Source of the DNA: Lama glama
Lineage: Eukaryota
DNA: 64,000 bases
NCBI GenBank assembly: GCA_028534125.1
Contig: CM052816.1
Coordinates: 6,822,001 to 6,886,000 of the forward strand
Reading direction: 5' to 3'
Below are positions 49,798 to 63,552 of the stretch, piece by piece. The position numbers and the translations under genes were made by a program. The notes beneath the pieces were generated by a model, which was given only the letters and a program-made list of their open reading frames with translations, was not told the DNA's origin and made no database searches. How positions within the stretch are numbered: position 1 is the stretch's first letter; each line of letters opens with the position of its first letter.

Positions 49798-51109
49798 TTA
49801 TGGATGCAGCTGTTCTCAATTGATTTTCTTCATCTACATTTCCAAATCTTGAATATTTCTTACTATTTTTTCCCATCGCTATTCTCCCATTAACAGTCCA
49901 TGTTTCATTCAGGACTCACTTCCTGTATTTATGAAAATACCAATGAAATAACCCTGGAAGTTATTCTTTGGGGTGTGTTTAGTAAACACACACAAACATG
50001 CACACACATATGAAAAAAAGACATTCATAAATAGTAAACTCCAACTATCAAAGGTATCTACACGTGGACCAGAATGCCTAGAGAGTACAGTATGCCCTAT
50101 AATCAGGGGGTAAGATTACTTTTGGTCAGTAGTTCAAGCAACAGACGAAGCATTGGACTAGATGTCCCCAGAGGTCCGTCCTTGCTGAGTTGCTGTGACA
50201 TTCTGTGATGCAGTGAGACTCCAAGCTTGAAGGTGAATTTGCGCAGGAGCTAAAAGGGGAATAAGGAGTAGCACAGTTTTGCTGGGCTCATCTGGTGCCA
50301 AAGTTATGCTGGAAGCAGTCAGAGCCCAGCATCGGCAGTGCAGTGGCATCTGGATTGGCATCACCATCACCACTGCAAATATTCCTCCAGCACCTACAGT
50401 GTGCCAGGCATCGTGTGCACTACTTCAGTCCATTGTACAACACACCTATCAGATAACGACTATTGTTATGCCCATGTTACTAAGGAAAAGAATGAAGAAT
50501 GAGAGGTTAGATTATCCATCATCACAAAGTTGGTAAGAGATCCAACACTCAAATCCAGGCTGTCTGGCTCCATTACCTGGCTCCCAAAAGGGCTGTAAGA
50601 ACCCCTTGCATTTTAAGTATTTTTAGCATTTTCTGTGCTAAAAAAGGAACATGATCTCTTTTCGTCCTTACAGAAGTCTCCTGAGGCCAGGAAGTTAACC
50701 CTAAGTGACAAAGTGGAGACAGAAGGTCAGGGAGGAGGGTAACTTGTCCCTGGTCACCCAGCAGGCAGAGTCTCTTGGTACTCTGCCCACATGTCCTTTT
50801 CCTGGTCACACACTGCCAGGCTCTCCTGAAGCTCCTAGCCCAGTTACCTTGGCAGAAAAGTAGCATCTTGTTAATCACTTGCCTGCAAACTGGCCATTTA
50901 GCCATGTACACTCTACTCACAGCCACCAACTCCTTAGGAAAAGAAAGGTCAGAAAGAGAAGCAAATTAGGAAAGAAAGATAATGCTCAGGAGGCAAAACT
51001 AACAGATATCTCTGATGCATCCTTTCCTTCAATTTCTGAAGCCTACCAGTCCTCAAATCCTAGAGACAATAAGAATAGATGTCCATTTTGCTGATGAGAA
51101 AATTGAGGT

Positions 51110-52500
51110 TTGAGTGGTCTCCTCCTTGTCCTGCCTCACCTATCAAACCTCTTTTTCTCCTTGACTATTATGATAACCTTGTCACTGGCATCTTTTTTTC
51201 TCCTCTTGTTGCTCCAAGTCTGTCTTCACAGGATACAGGGCTATGCTTCCTAGATCACTTCTGATCATGCCTCTCTCCTCTTCAAAGACTTTCAGTAGCT
51301 CCCCACTACTTACAAAGACAAATTCCAATTCCATAACCTGCTCTTCAGTCCCTCCATGGTTTGGCCACAAACCACACGTTCAGCGTTATCTTGACTACTT
51401 ATATCTAAGCTCCAGTCACAGTAGTACTCCAGAAAAGAACCCAAGAAAGTCCTAGGTACACACTCCTCTTGATGATTTTTCTGCTGGAACCCTGTGCCTA
51501 TCTAAGGCTATACTCAAATGCCACCCATCATAAAAACTGCTCTCCCTCACCTCTCTGTCTAAATCTCTTGGTGCTATACCCCCATCACCCTTGAGTACTC
51601 CATACTCTAACTACGTTTGACAATATCTGTCCCATGGTCTCTGGCAAAAGTAAACATACTCTCTCCACAGGATCAAGCAGTCATACTCCTTGGTATTTAC
51701 CCAAAGGAGATGAAAAGTTCTGTCCACACAAAAATCTGCACACTCAAGTTTATAGCAGCTTTATCTATAATAGCCAAAACTTGGAAGAAACCCAAGATAT
51801 CCCTAAGTAGATGATGGATAAACCGTGCTACAGCCAGATAATGGAATATTATTCAGTGCTAAAAAGATATGAGCTATCAAGCCATGAAAATACATGGAGG
51901 AACCTTAAATGTATATGGCTAAGTGAAAGAAGCCAATATTAAAAGGCTACATACTGTATGAGTCCAACTACATGAGACTCTGGAAAAAGCAAAACCATGC
52001 AGACAGTAAAAAGATCAGTGGTTGGCAAGGCTTAGTGGGGAAGAGATAAGAGGTAGAGCACAGAAGACTTTTAGGGCCATAAAACTACTCTGTATGATAT
52101 TTATAGTGATGGATACATGTCATCGATGATACATTTGTCCAAACACACAGAATGTACACCAAGCGTGAGCCTTAATACAAACCATCACCTTTGGGTGATG
52201 ATGATGTGTCAATGTAGGCTCATCAGTTATAACAAAGGTACACCTCTGGTGGAGGGTGTTGATAGTGGGGAAGACTGTGCACATGTTGGGGGGCATTTGG
52301 GTTAAATCTCAGTACTTCTCAATTTTTGAACCTAACATTTCTGTAAAAAATTGAAGCCTATTATTTTTTTAAAATGTCTGCCCGTGCATGATAAATTCCT
52401 TAAGAGAACAAGGCACGCCTTCTGCTCCTGTACCCTCCATACCTGCCCCTCCCACTACCACAGCAGGTGCTAATAAATGTTTGTTGAATTGAATTAAATT
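51110..52500 (+). mobile_element. L2 fragment interrupted by an L1MC insertion
   Basis: L2-type sequence 51110-51635 resumes at about 52373 and ends gtgctaataaatgtttgttgaattgaat. Confidence 0.6.
51640..52372 (+). mobile_element. L1MC1/2-like 3' end
   Basis: gatgtgtcaatgtaggctcatcagttataacaaagg...gttgatagtgggg; degenerate TSD aatatctgtcccatg / aatgtctgcccgtg. Confidence 0.8.
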
Positions 52501-54749
52501 GAGAGGTCATCTAGGGGATAAGAGCTAGAACTTTATCATAATTTAGACTCTGAGGCGATGGGGAAGTTGAAGGAACAGTGACCTCTCTCTTCAGAACTCA
52601 ATTATCTGCCTAAGAACAAACGTCTCCAGTAACTAGCTATTAATTTGTTCACAATCATTTTGGCCTCCAAAGTTCACAAATGTCCCTTTCAATTTCTCAG
52701 TCACATCGTTCATAGGAAATGAGATGTTCTTCACATTCACTGAATCACAGGAGCCCTTGTACCATCTCCCTTCCTCAACCTAGCCCCCCATTTCCCGCAA
52801 TAAACCCCCTGAGCCATCAAAACGCCTGTCACCACAGCTTTCTTGGGTCCTGTTATGGGACCCATCGTTTCCCGCTCAGCATCATAAATCGATAGCCAAG
52901 GACCGCAGGTTTTACTGGCAACCTGAATCAAAGGAATCTATTCTAATTAATCCTCCACACAAAGATGATGGCCTTCAGCCATCTCACTAGCAGAAGCCAG
53001 AAAACCCAGAGTGAAAGAATAATATAATGCAGGTCTGGTTTCCTATGAAATCAGTACAGCCTCATTCTGAGCTCTGTTCTGGGTCAGACAGAAGGAGCAG
53101 CAATTGTGGCCAAGAGCACTGGAGAGGTCCCTGACCATGACTGACAGCTGGGGTGGCAGGAGCTAAGGAACCCCCTTGTACCACAGACCCTAGAGGACCA
53201 AGGCCCAGTGCCTTTAGAGACCTTTAATCCCTTGATACACATTCATTCATTATTAAGAGTGATTTATAAAATTTGAATGTTTCCATATGCTTGACATGGC
53301 AGGACCTCATTAACTGGAAAAGGCAAGGAAACAGGGAAATCTGGGGCTAACACCAGAAGAGATAACAGAATAGAAAATTCACATCATTGCTGATGCAATC
53401 TGCAAGAGGGCAGTTAGACAGTCATGTTCAGTGACCAAGCACATCATGCAATTTCAGGGATGGCTCAGCCAATCTCTGATGGGGAGTGATGTGGGCCACC
53501 TAGCAGGTATGACTGAGGAAGGCAAAGGAGAGTGGCAATGCCCACAGTCAGGGGGATGGGATGCTCTTCTTCCGGACAACTCACTACACAGTAGAGGACT
53601 GTGAAGTCAAGGTTGGAACCAGACATGCCTGGCTTTTCTTTCTACTTCAATGACCTTAAGCAAGTTACTTAGCTTCTCTGAGTTTCTTTCCTCATCTGGA
53701 AAATGGGATAGACAGTAACAGTACTTTATCCCGCTTGTTGTGAAACTGTCTTCACGGTGGGAGGGTGTATGAAATACTGAGTGATGTGCTTTTCCCCCTT
53801 CATTCTCCTAAGTCCAAGATCCTCATCCACTGAGTGGCTCAGAACGTTTGAGGTCCAGACTACCCTGAGAATGAGAAGTTTCACAAAAGAACTCAAGGAA
53901 AAAAAACAGGAATACTTTTCACTTTTAGCTTTGTTTCATGTATAATTCAGGACAGACTGGGAAGAAAGTTAATACACACACATGCCTCTTCACTCTACCA
54001 CCATGTTACAGAATTCTCCAAGCTTAGGGGGAAGAAAAAAGTTGAAGGAAAAAACAGAAATCTCAGACAGTGATAACAAGCTTTGTGCCCTAGCCTGATC
54101 ATCCTCCTCTCATTTCCCAATTTCTCTCTGGGGTTCTGGGAGGATGGAAAACCCCTCCTATCAAACCCTATTCCATTCTGAGAGGAGTAGAAACGAGAGA
54201 GCCCCATGGCATAGGGGACAGAGAGGACCAAGTGATGACCCAACACAGTGCCACCAGCCAAGCAGCAAGGGTGGGCTGGTGACCAAAGCCCGGGTCAGGG
54301 CAAGCATGCCTCTCTGAGCCACCCTGTGACCTCAACTCCAAGGGAAAGGAAGGAGAGGGGGAATCCTGAAGTTTCCTGAGTTTGCACCCATAAGAGCCAA
54401 ATAATCGAACTGACTGAGATCTGCTGGAAGTGATGAAAATATATGTTCTGCCTTCTGGTGGAATGGAGTTCAAGAAGGAAGGTAGATTCAATTTTAGGAA
54501 AAGAAAGCTATGTTTTGATAACCTGAGTCCACGGCATATACAGAGGCATATACATTGAAAGCAAAAACAATCATCACAAGAATTGATATAACGTAGCAAC
54601 TACATTTATTGAGTGCTTCCATGTGCTAGGACTGTTCTCACAGCTTTATATAGATGATATCATTTATTTCTCACAATAACAGGCATGCTGGTTCAGTATT
54701 ATTGTCCTTTCTGGGGGGCAGTGGAGGGTCCAGAACTTAAACTCAGTGC

Positions 54750-55331
54750 TGCACCCCCAATGTTCATACTAGGACTATTTACAATAGCCAAGACATGGAA
54801 ACAGACTAAATTTCCATCAACAGGTGACTGGATAAAGAAGATGTGGTATATTTATACAATGGAATACTATTCAGCCATAAAAATGACAACATAACGCCAT
54901 TTGCAGCAACATGGATGTTCCTGGAGAATGTCATTCTAAGTGAAGCAAGCCAGAAAGAGAAAGAAAAATATCATATGAGATCACTCATATGTGCAATGTA
55001 AAAAAAAAAAAGAGGACGTAAATACAGAACAGAAACAGACTCATAGACATAGAATATAAACTTGTGGTTGCCAAGGGGGAAGAGGGTGGGAAGGGATAGA
55101 CTGGGAGTTCAAAATTTGTAGATACTGACTGGCATATGTAGAATAGATAAACAAGATTATACTGTATAGGACAGGAAAATATACACAAGATCTTGTGGTA
55201 GCTCACAGCGAAAAAAAATGTAACAATGAATATATGTATGTTCAAGCATAACTGAAAAATTGTGCTCTACACTGGAATTTGACACAACATTGTAAAATGA
55301 CTATAATTCAATCAAAAAAGTTTTTAAAAAA
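54750..55331 (+). mobile_element. Camelid-type L1 3' end (5'-truncated) inserted in a MIR
   Basis: ORF2 C-terminus LFTIAKTWKQ...WYIYTMEYYSAIK, then 3'UTR and A-rich tail. Confidence 0.9.
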
Positions 55332-55789
55332 GTATGTTTTCAAAGCCTTCCTGTACAACCTCCATAGAAATGCAAATAGAGGACTTGAAGCTTTAGAGCA
55401 AGGGCATCACTTGTATAGTTGCCAATATTTGGGTCATGACAGTATGGATGGGATACAGGTTCTTGGTACCCCCAAATCCAAAGGCAGGGTTCTGATGGAA
55501 GGGCTCTTTAAGAATTGGGGTCCACTCTCACCAGCGAGAGGCCTGGTAAATACTAGATGGGTATCCAGTCATGCCTAGAGTCCCAAGGAAAGACTCAGGT
55601 CCTGGCAGACAGCTGGAGTGCCTGGCAGATGGGGTGAGCCCTGGGTGAAGAGGGAATATTGGATTTAGAGTCCACCTAAGGGTTTGCAGCCAAGATCTGA
55701 CTCAAGGAACCATGGCATCGCGGGCCTGAGGTTTCTGGCTACAGCATAACCCAGACAATTCAGGATGATAGTTACACTGAGTCTGAAAG

Positions 55790-55950
55790 GAGAGAACATC
55801 ATTGAGCTTAATTCTACAAATAAGGGAATTGAGACTCAGAGAATATAAGTAACGAACATGGTTACACAGCTGGTAAGTGGCAGAACCAGGGGATGTAAAC
55901 TTGGTGCTTTCTGACTCCAAATTCTAGGCTTTTCCTCACTACTGCCTTTA
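55790..55950 (-). mobile_element. MIR SINE
   Basis: tgagactcagaga...ggttacacagctggtaagtggcagaaccaggg...ctgactccaaa. Confidence 0.7.
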
Positions 55951-56299
55951 TCCCAAGCAGAGTACACACTATTTGTGGCTTGACTCATAAGAAAGAAAGG
56001 AGAGCAAAGATGCACTTTGCCAATCTCCTCTTGTTCAAAAGTCGCAGTCCTACAATCAGCAAATATCTGAATTGTCTGGGCTTGTCTGCCCCTCCCAGTC
56101 CAGAGAAAGCTGACGTCAGACCCCAGACCTCTTCCCAGCAAGGGATTAGTTAAAGAAATAAAGCCCCATTTCACAAGCTGCTAAATCCTATTTGAACAGC
56201 CTTGCCAGGGATTTCCTGGGCTTAATCACCTGCTAGCTCTGGACAGTGGGGAAGTTGTTGGGCTATGAATTTGGTTTTTGCCTGTCCTTCTCCCCTGCT

Positions 56300-56860
56300 G
56301 TGATTCCACTCCTAGGTACACCCCTCAGGGTTTACACAAGAACGCTCACTGCAGCAGAGATCACAGTGGCTAAAAAAAGAAAAAAGAAAAATCTGTCAAT
56401 AGGAGATAGATAAATAAAGCACTATACAATGGTTAAAATTAATGTACTAGAGCTACATGTACTAATGCAAGTAAATCTCAAAAACACATTCAGTAAAAAA
56501 AGCCAACTGCATAGTATGAACACTTTCATAAAGTTCTAAAACATGCAAAGCAATATTAGACATTGTATAGGGACTAAATATGTAAAAAATTCATAAGATC
56601 ACACTTGAAAATGATAACCACTGTATTTAAGATGGTGGTAAACTTCAGAGAAGAAAAAGGGGAAATGAGGTGAAGAAGAGGTTCCTGGAGTAATTCAAAT
56701 CTGTATTTTTTTTTCACTTCTTTTAAAAAAAAATCTAAAGAAGGCAAAATGTTAAGATCTATGAAAGCTGGATTTTGAGTACACATATGGTCACAATACA
56801 TTATCACCTGTACATCTGAAATCTATCTTTACAAAAAGGTTTTTAAAAGAATAATTGAAC
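56300..56860 (+). mobile_element. Ancient L1ME-type 3' fragment
   Basis: attccactcctaggtaca...caagaacgctcactgcagca...aatctcaaaaacac motifs. Confidence 0.55.
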
Positions 56861-57049
56861 CTTAAGTATTATAGTATAAATTTGGACTCTAGTTTGAAAG
56901 CAATGAAAGTTTCTACACAGGGAGAGATGTGATCAGACAGCCTGGTGGAGGCAGGGAGATAATCCCAACATGGAGTTATGAAGGCCTGGTCTAGTGCAAT
57001 AGCACAGTGAGAACAGAAAGAAGCAGAGGCCAGAACCTAAATCTCCCAG

Positions 57050-57690
57050 TTGTGCTGGATGGTGAAAGTATTACCTAGACTAAGCCTTCCCATCCCTATC
57101 CTTGCCTCTGAGAAATCCACCCTCCTCCTTGCACTGAGGGCTGTCAATCATAGTTTCCTTCCCAAAGCTGGACATAAGAGTCAAGCTACGCCAATAATGG
57201 TACCTAACCACCAAGGCCTATCCTGAGTGGTTCAAGAATGGACAATGACCCAAAGCTCAGCCAATCAGAGCCAATCCTTTTTCCTGGATACCTTCTTCAT
57301 TGGGAACCAAAAGAAAGTGGTTGAGCTTGGAAGAGATGGGTGCAGAGCTTTCAGGGGCCACTATCCCTGACCAAGAGAAAAGCCAGTCAGGGGTTGGAAA
57401 GAATGAAGCCACTCTTCAGAGAACGGCAGTGAGAAGAGATTTCTAGGCCATGAGTCCCCAGTCCCTGCCCTGTGTGAGTGTGAGTGTCAGGGGCCGCCAC
57501 AGCACCCCTTCTGAATTGCTTCTGCTGCGTGTCTTTGGACATAGATCTTGGCTGCACAGTTCCCTGGTTCTCTGGTGCTTCAGAACACTCTGTGAGTTGC
57601 ACAATGCTGTTTAATAAATCACTTTACTGTCTAAATAAGCAAATGTTGGTTTCTGCTGTTTGCAACTAAGAACCCTGATGCTGACATGTA
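57050..57690 (+). mobile_element. Old MaLR/ERVL-type LTR (MLT1L-like)
   Basis: tgacccaaagctcagccaatcagagc...ttaataaatc...ggtttctgctgtttgcaactaagaaccctga. Confidence 0.5.
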
Positions 57691-58139
57691 GTATAACCAC
57701 TGTTCTCCCACGAGACACCAGGAAGAGAACATCTCAGGATGGTGCTACCAATGAGGACTAAGCCAACTGGGGCTCCGAGTCATCAGGATCTCACTGTTTT
57801 CACGCTGGACTCTTATTCCCTGAGAGCCAGCTGTTCCTTCTAAGAAATGATCTGAACAAAGTCAACCCTTCACAGAACTTCACAGGCAGCATCCTGTCAC
57901 CATTCCTGCAGGTAAAACATCAACATATTCATGCCCCTTAAGTCACTTCATCTTCACAGCAATCCCAGGCAGTGAAAAGTGCAGGACTGAGACTATTAGT
58001 CTCAACTAACTGAGGAGGAAGATGATTTGGGGAAAATGACATACCCAAGTCACACCACAACTGTACCTGGAACAGAGTTTAGGCCCCCTGATGTCAGCCT
58101 TACACACCAAAATGGAAATAAAGCTAAATAGCTAAGAAA

Positions 58140-58392
58140 CAGCATTAACTAACATTTCCAGGGTGTTAACTACATGACAGACACTGTTCTAAGTGCTTTT
58201 CCTACATTAACTCATTTAATCTTTCTTACAACTCTGTGATGTTGGTACTAGTGTGGATGTCATTTTACAGATGAGGGGATAGAGGCTCAGAGAGGTTAAG
58301 GTTCTTGTCTTGGGTCACACAGCAGGTGAGTAGCAGAGCTAAGATTCAAACCAGGAGTCTGGTTTCAGAGTCCATGACCTTAATTACTACAT
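58140..58392 (-). mobile_element. Near full-length MIR
   Basis: taactcatttaatc...cattttacagatgagggg...gaggctcagagaggttaag...cttaattactac. Confidence 0.85.
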
Positions 58393-59649
58393 TAAGTAGC
58401 ATGAGGAGCAGTCTTTCTGGGGTCCAGGTACCTTGGACCCCACCCTCCTAAGAATGAGGGGAAGTTCTCAAAGTCCTGGCTGTAAAGGCACCCTGAGCCC
58501 CCCACAGGTCAGACTGATCTAAATGCAGGTACCTCACACTAAAAGCCTGAAAGGGAAGTGTGCTAACAGAGCAGGTGCTGAATTGCAGAAAAGTTAAATA
58601 TGGAACGGGAGCATCGGAGGCTGCAATAAGAGCGAGAAGGGTAAAAACCAATTTCAAAACAGAGCCCCACGCAATAATTTGGAGAAAAACCAATATATTT
58701 GGTATCACATAATAACTATAGCAACATCTTCTGTTTACCTCACTCTTTCCTTTTGAGGAGGCCAAAGAAGTTCACAATTGTTATTACAACTCTTCTTTCT
58801 CAAGGCCTGGGACCAGCTGAGGGTGGCTGAGGGCTTTCTTCTTATATGCAGGGGAAAGGGAAGCACCAAGAGATCAATGCAGAAATCACAGAGCAGCCAA
58901 GGATCTATCAAAGGCAACCGCCTGGCTTTGACAGCCGATAGGCAAAAGCCAATGCATTGAAAATCAATTCAGCAAAGGACTGATTCACACAAAGCCCTGA
59001 GACCAACAGCAAAGCTCACTCTAAGAGAACTGGCCACTGCTATTCTACCTCCAGGGTGCAGGCAGAAGGAGCAGAGATAGGGGACAAGGAGAGGCAAAGA
59101 CATGGGGCAGAGGATAGGGAGCAGGGATGAGGAATACATGACAATTGAAAGAGACAGTGAAATTCACATCAGAGAAAGCCTACCCATTCACAGATAAAGC
59201 CCCGATCAAGCCAAGATAAAATACTCAGCATATCAATGAATTCTTCATCTGGCAAATCCATCATGCAGCACATTAGCTCTCATCCAGCTGGTATGCAGGT
59301 CCTGTGGGGGTCCCTTCAGCAGTACAGGAAGCAGCGAAGAACTCTGTCTCTAACCATCCCTCCTCTATCCCCACCAGCTTCACCTTAGACAGTAGGTACC
59401 CAGTCCCCTTCTCCCCACCAAGCTAGCTCTCTGGAAATTATTTCATCCTTGTCATCACCTCTTTCTAGTATTATTTCTTTACCCTTTTTATTCATTTTAT
59501 ACCCAGCCAGATGGGGCTACCCATTCCTCCCCATACAATCTCTACACCCTGCCCTCACATCTTTGCTTAAGTTGCTCCTTGGACTGGAATGATCTCTCCT
59601 AGCCACTTGGATGACTGATTCATTTCAGAGTGCAAACTGAAGGTCACTA

Positions 59650-59770
59650 GGGAAATAGACTGTGGTGATGGCCGTACAATTTTGTAAATATTCTAACAAT
59701 TGTTGAATTGCACACCAAAATTGGATGAATTTTACAATAAGGAAATTATACCTCAATAAAGTTTTTTTAA
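59650..59770 (+). mobile_element. Short L1M 3' tail within a MER5-like MITE
   Basis: gtggtgatggccgtacaa...aattatacctcaataaag; flanked by MER5-like gaaattctgattcagt...gtgattccaatgc. Confidence 0.55.
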
Positions 59771-60908
59771 GCCACCCAAGGGACATGTATTAGAAATGAC
59801 TTTTCCATTCCCTTTGCCTAGAAATTCTGATTCAGTTAAAGTGGAAGAAGAAATCCATGTTTTAAATAATCAGCCCATGTGATTCCAATGCCTGTGGAAC
59901 TCAGTCTAGGTAACAGTGATCTACATAGAGATTCAGATCAAACAGCCCCTCCTCTCTGAAGCCGTGCCAGTCCAGCCAGAAGCAAGCACTCCCTTCTCTA
60001 AACCTTGCGGTATTCCTCTAAACGAACTTAACTCAGTCTGCTGTGTAGTGCAGCTTTCTGTAGACCGATCTCTCTTGTCTACTAACATCTTGAAAGTCAG
60101 GAACATGTCTTCCCTGACATTCTTTGTTTATATATTCCTTTGTTCATTCCACAGATTATAGATCAGAAGGTACATGTTGTTATAAATCATGAGAAGACAG
60201 TGGATAAGGATGCTTAGAGGGATAAATAGTTGGTTCGATGACAGATGAGTGAAAGGGTGGTAGATAGATGGACAGATGAATTGGATGGATGATTGGGTAA
60301 TGATGAATAGATGAATGAATGGGTGACTGGACAAATGTATAAAAGGAAAAAAGAACAAAGGAATAAAGGAGGGAATCATTCACTTCAAAATGTGAATGGG
60401 AGTCCCACTGTTCCCTTTGCAAAACTGATGCGGTCAGAGGGATATAATTCCATTGCACAGACTTAAGTATAAGAGGCATCACTAATTACACGACAGAGCA
60501 CTGGACTAGGGATCGGATGACCCGATCAAGTGCCCACTTTGCCAGTATCTCCAAGTGTGTCCTCGTCCAAGTCATTTTCATCCTCTAAGTTTCAACTGTC
60601 TCACCTATACACGGGCACTATCACCCCTGTTCTGCTGCCGTATGATGTAATTTTGAAGATCACAGTATCTAATGAAGTTAAAAACTGTATGATAGCACTG
60701 TCTTATGACAGTGAGAAGGGATACACAGAACTACACATTTTAAAAAATATATTCAGACAATACTAGATATCTCTACAGGTAGCTAAAAGAAACAGCTTCA
60801 TACAAACCAGATTTTTTGAGGGGGCAAAGTTAGAACTCCTCATGCCTTGATTCTGAAATGGAAGTAATATCCACTTGGGTGTTAAGTTTTAAAATAAAAC
60901 AGATTTGA

Positions 60909-61562
60909 TACCACTCCTGGGCATATATCCAGAGGTAACCTTAATCCAAAAAAATACATGCACCCCAATGTTCATAGCAGTGCTATACACAATAGCCAAG
61001 ACATGGAAGCAACCTAAATGTCCATCAACAGATGACTAGATAAAGAAGTTGTGGTATATTTATACAATGGGCTATTACTCAGCCATAAAAAAGAATAAAA
61101 TAATGCCATTTGCAGCAACGTGGATGGACCTGCAGATTGTCATTCTAAGTGAAATAAGCCAGAAAAAGAAAAATACCATATGATATCACTTACATGTGGA
61201 ATCTGAAGAAAAAAAAAGATAAACAAACTTATTTGAAAAACAGAAACAGACTCTCAAACGTAGAGAACAAACTTGTGGTTATAGGGGAAAAAGGGGGGTG
61301 TGGAGGGGATATATTGGGAGTTTGAGATTTGCAGATACTAACTGATATATATATATAAAAAAGATAAACAACAAGTTCATGCTGTATAGCGCAGGGAACT
61401 GTATTCAGTATCTTGTAGTAACTTATGGTGAAAAAGAATAGGGAAACGAATATATGTATGTTCATGTGTGACTGAAGCATTGTGCTGTACACCAGAAACT
61501 GATACAACACTGTAAACTGACTATACTTCAAAAATATATATATATATGAAACAAAATAAAAC
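60909..61562 (+). mobile_element. Camelid-type L1 3' end with TSD
   Basis: ORF2 C-terminus and 3'UTR; TSD aaaacagatttga at 60896-60908 and 61563-61575; tttt/aaaa endonuclease site at about 60887-60894. Confidence 0.92.
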
Positions 61563-62464
61563 AAAACAGATTTGAGTCAAAAAAGAATTGCTTTCAATCC
61601 AGTCCCCAACATTCATTAGCTGTGTGACTTTGAACAAATTATTTTTTCCTAACTTACTAAGCAGGCATAATAACATCTACCTCACTGGGTTGAGAAAATT
61701 AATAAATGATGTTTACAAAGCACTATGCCTTACACAAAGCCCCAGAGCACCAAAGAAAGTGTCCTGTGTTTGCTTTTTGCTTTTGTCTCCTTCAATGGAA
61801 GCTGGAGTCCTAATGAGCATGAAGTGAATGATCGGTAGAGGCAGCCCCCAGTTTTGCCACTTCACGTTTCTCCCTGATCGGTACCTTCGACATTATTTAG
61901 AGAGACTTTCACTTCTCTTCACCTTTCCTGAACCAGCTTTCCTATCCCAAGGTTCTATTTGTCCAAACAAAAGCAACAGGTGCACAGATGCTATACTTAT
62001 CGAACACCTGTTACACATCAAATTCACCAGATACCTGTTGAGCATCTATTCCACTATGCACACACAGAGTGGCACTGGGATCCAGGCTAGAGTCATTTAG
62101 CACGTGGGACTTCACCACACAGCAATTCCTTTAAGACTCAAGCTCATAGAATGCATCTTGAAAAGCAAGAATCATGATTTCTACATGCTCAGCTGGGTTA
62201 CCCTGAGAATACAGATTCACAAAACCAAGTCATGAAACTACATTATGTAAGTATCTCCCAGAGAAGAGGAGAAACACTGATTTTAATGCTTCATTCAAAC
62301 AGACAACAGAAAGCACTGGACTGGTAGTCTAGAATTCTGCGTTCTCATCTTGGATCAGTTTTTATAGCCAACTGATTTTTAGCAAGTCTCTTCTCTTCTC
62401 TGGGCTTCAGGCTTCTCATAAAAGATGCAAAATAGGAAGCTGGACCAAGATTGGGATAGTATCA

Positions 62465-63055
62465 TGTACTGAGATGAATAGTGCCGCTACAAATTCATGT
62501 TCACTTAGCATCTGTGAATGTGACCTTATTTGGAAATGGTGGTCTTTGCAGATGTAATTGAATTAAGATGAGGTCAAGATGGGGGTGGGCCGTAACCCCT
62601 AACCCAGTGACTGGTATACTTATGAAAAGAGGCAGGCACACAGGGAAGAAGTCCATGTAGAGAAAGAGACGTCTTCTGGTCCACAGTTTTTTTTTAATTT
62701 TTATTTTTTGTTGGGGGAGGTAGTTAGGTTTACCTATTTATTTTTAGAGGAGGTATTGGGGATTAAACCCAGGACCTTGTCTATGCTAAGCATGCACTCT
62801 ACCACTTGAGCTATACCCTCCCCGCTGAGAGAGGCTTCTTCTGGATTGGAAGATTCATCTGCAAACCAAGGAACACCAAGGAAGGCCATAAACCCACAGA
62901 GGCTAAAAGAGGCAAGGAAGGATTCTCCCCTAGAGCCAACAGTGAAAACATGGCCCTGCTGATTGATTTTGAACTTCAGTCTCCAGAACTGTGAAAAGGA
63001 AAATCCTGTTGTACCACCTGGTTTGTGGTACTCTGATACAGCGGCCTTATGAAAT
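62465..63055 (+). mobile_element. MLT1C/D-like MaLR solo LTR (contains a SINE)
   Basis: gaatgtgaccttatttggaaat...tctttgcagatgtaatt...gaggcaaggaaggattctcccctagagcc...ctccagaactgtga. Confidence 0.85.
62687..62823 (-). mobile_element. Camelid tRNA-Ala-derived SINE (vic-1 type)
   Basis: Minus strand reads ggggagggtatagctcaagtggtagagtgcatgcttagcat...ggtttaatcccc...aaacctaactacctcccc plus A-tail; same family as the copy at 31690. Confidence 0.9.
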
Positions 63056-63528
63056 CTCCTCAAATTGCACGCTAATTCCAATTTATTGGCATTATCCACT
63101 GGGAGGGTGTCGAGGAGGATTCTGAGGCTGCGTAGGATACAGGGATTAAGTCATGACATCCTTCCTACAGAGAGAAGGGAGTAGTGGCCTTGGTTATGCC
63201 ATCCCTTAGCTAATCATTATGATACCTTTCTGCTCAGATAATGTATGATTCTGTAATTCTAAATCCATATTCCCATGCGGCAGTAGAAGCATTATGAATG
63301 GCAGGAATGTGGGGAAAGAACCGTGTCTTCCCCCAAACCACTGCCTCTGAATCCTTCCAGAGAGCACCACCACCCCCCAGCTCTGGAGACAGCCTGTGAG
63401 TCCATCAACCTCTTAGCTTTGCCTTCACTGGATCTGATCTGAGATCAAATTGTCAAAGACCTGAACTGGTTTCCCAGATTGTAACCAGAAGTGAACTTGA
63501 TTTATAGAAGTTTCAGCGTCATGGTTGT

Positions 63529-63552
63529 AAAAAAAAAAAAAAAAAAAAAAAA
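63529..63552. repeat. Poly(A) run (about 24 nt)
   Basis: Read directly from the sequence; no TSD seen. Confidence 0.9.

Noticed and set aside
49571..49876. F/L/S-rich and other low-complexity ORFs (also 28271-28749, 31644-32025)
   Set aside because: Translations of microsatellites
54231..54320. C/D-box snoRNA-like GTGATGA...CTGA
   Set aside because: No terminal stem or recognisable rRNA antisense element
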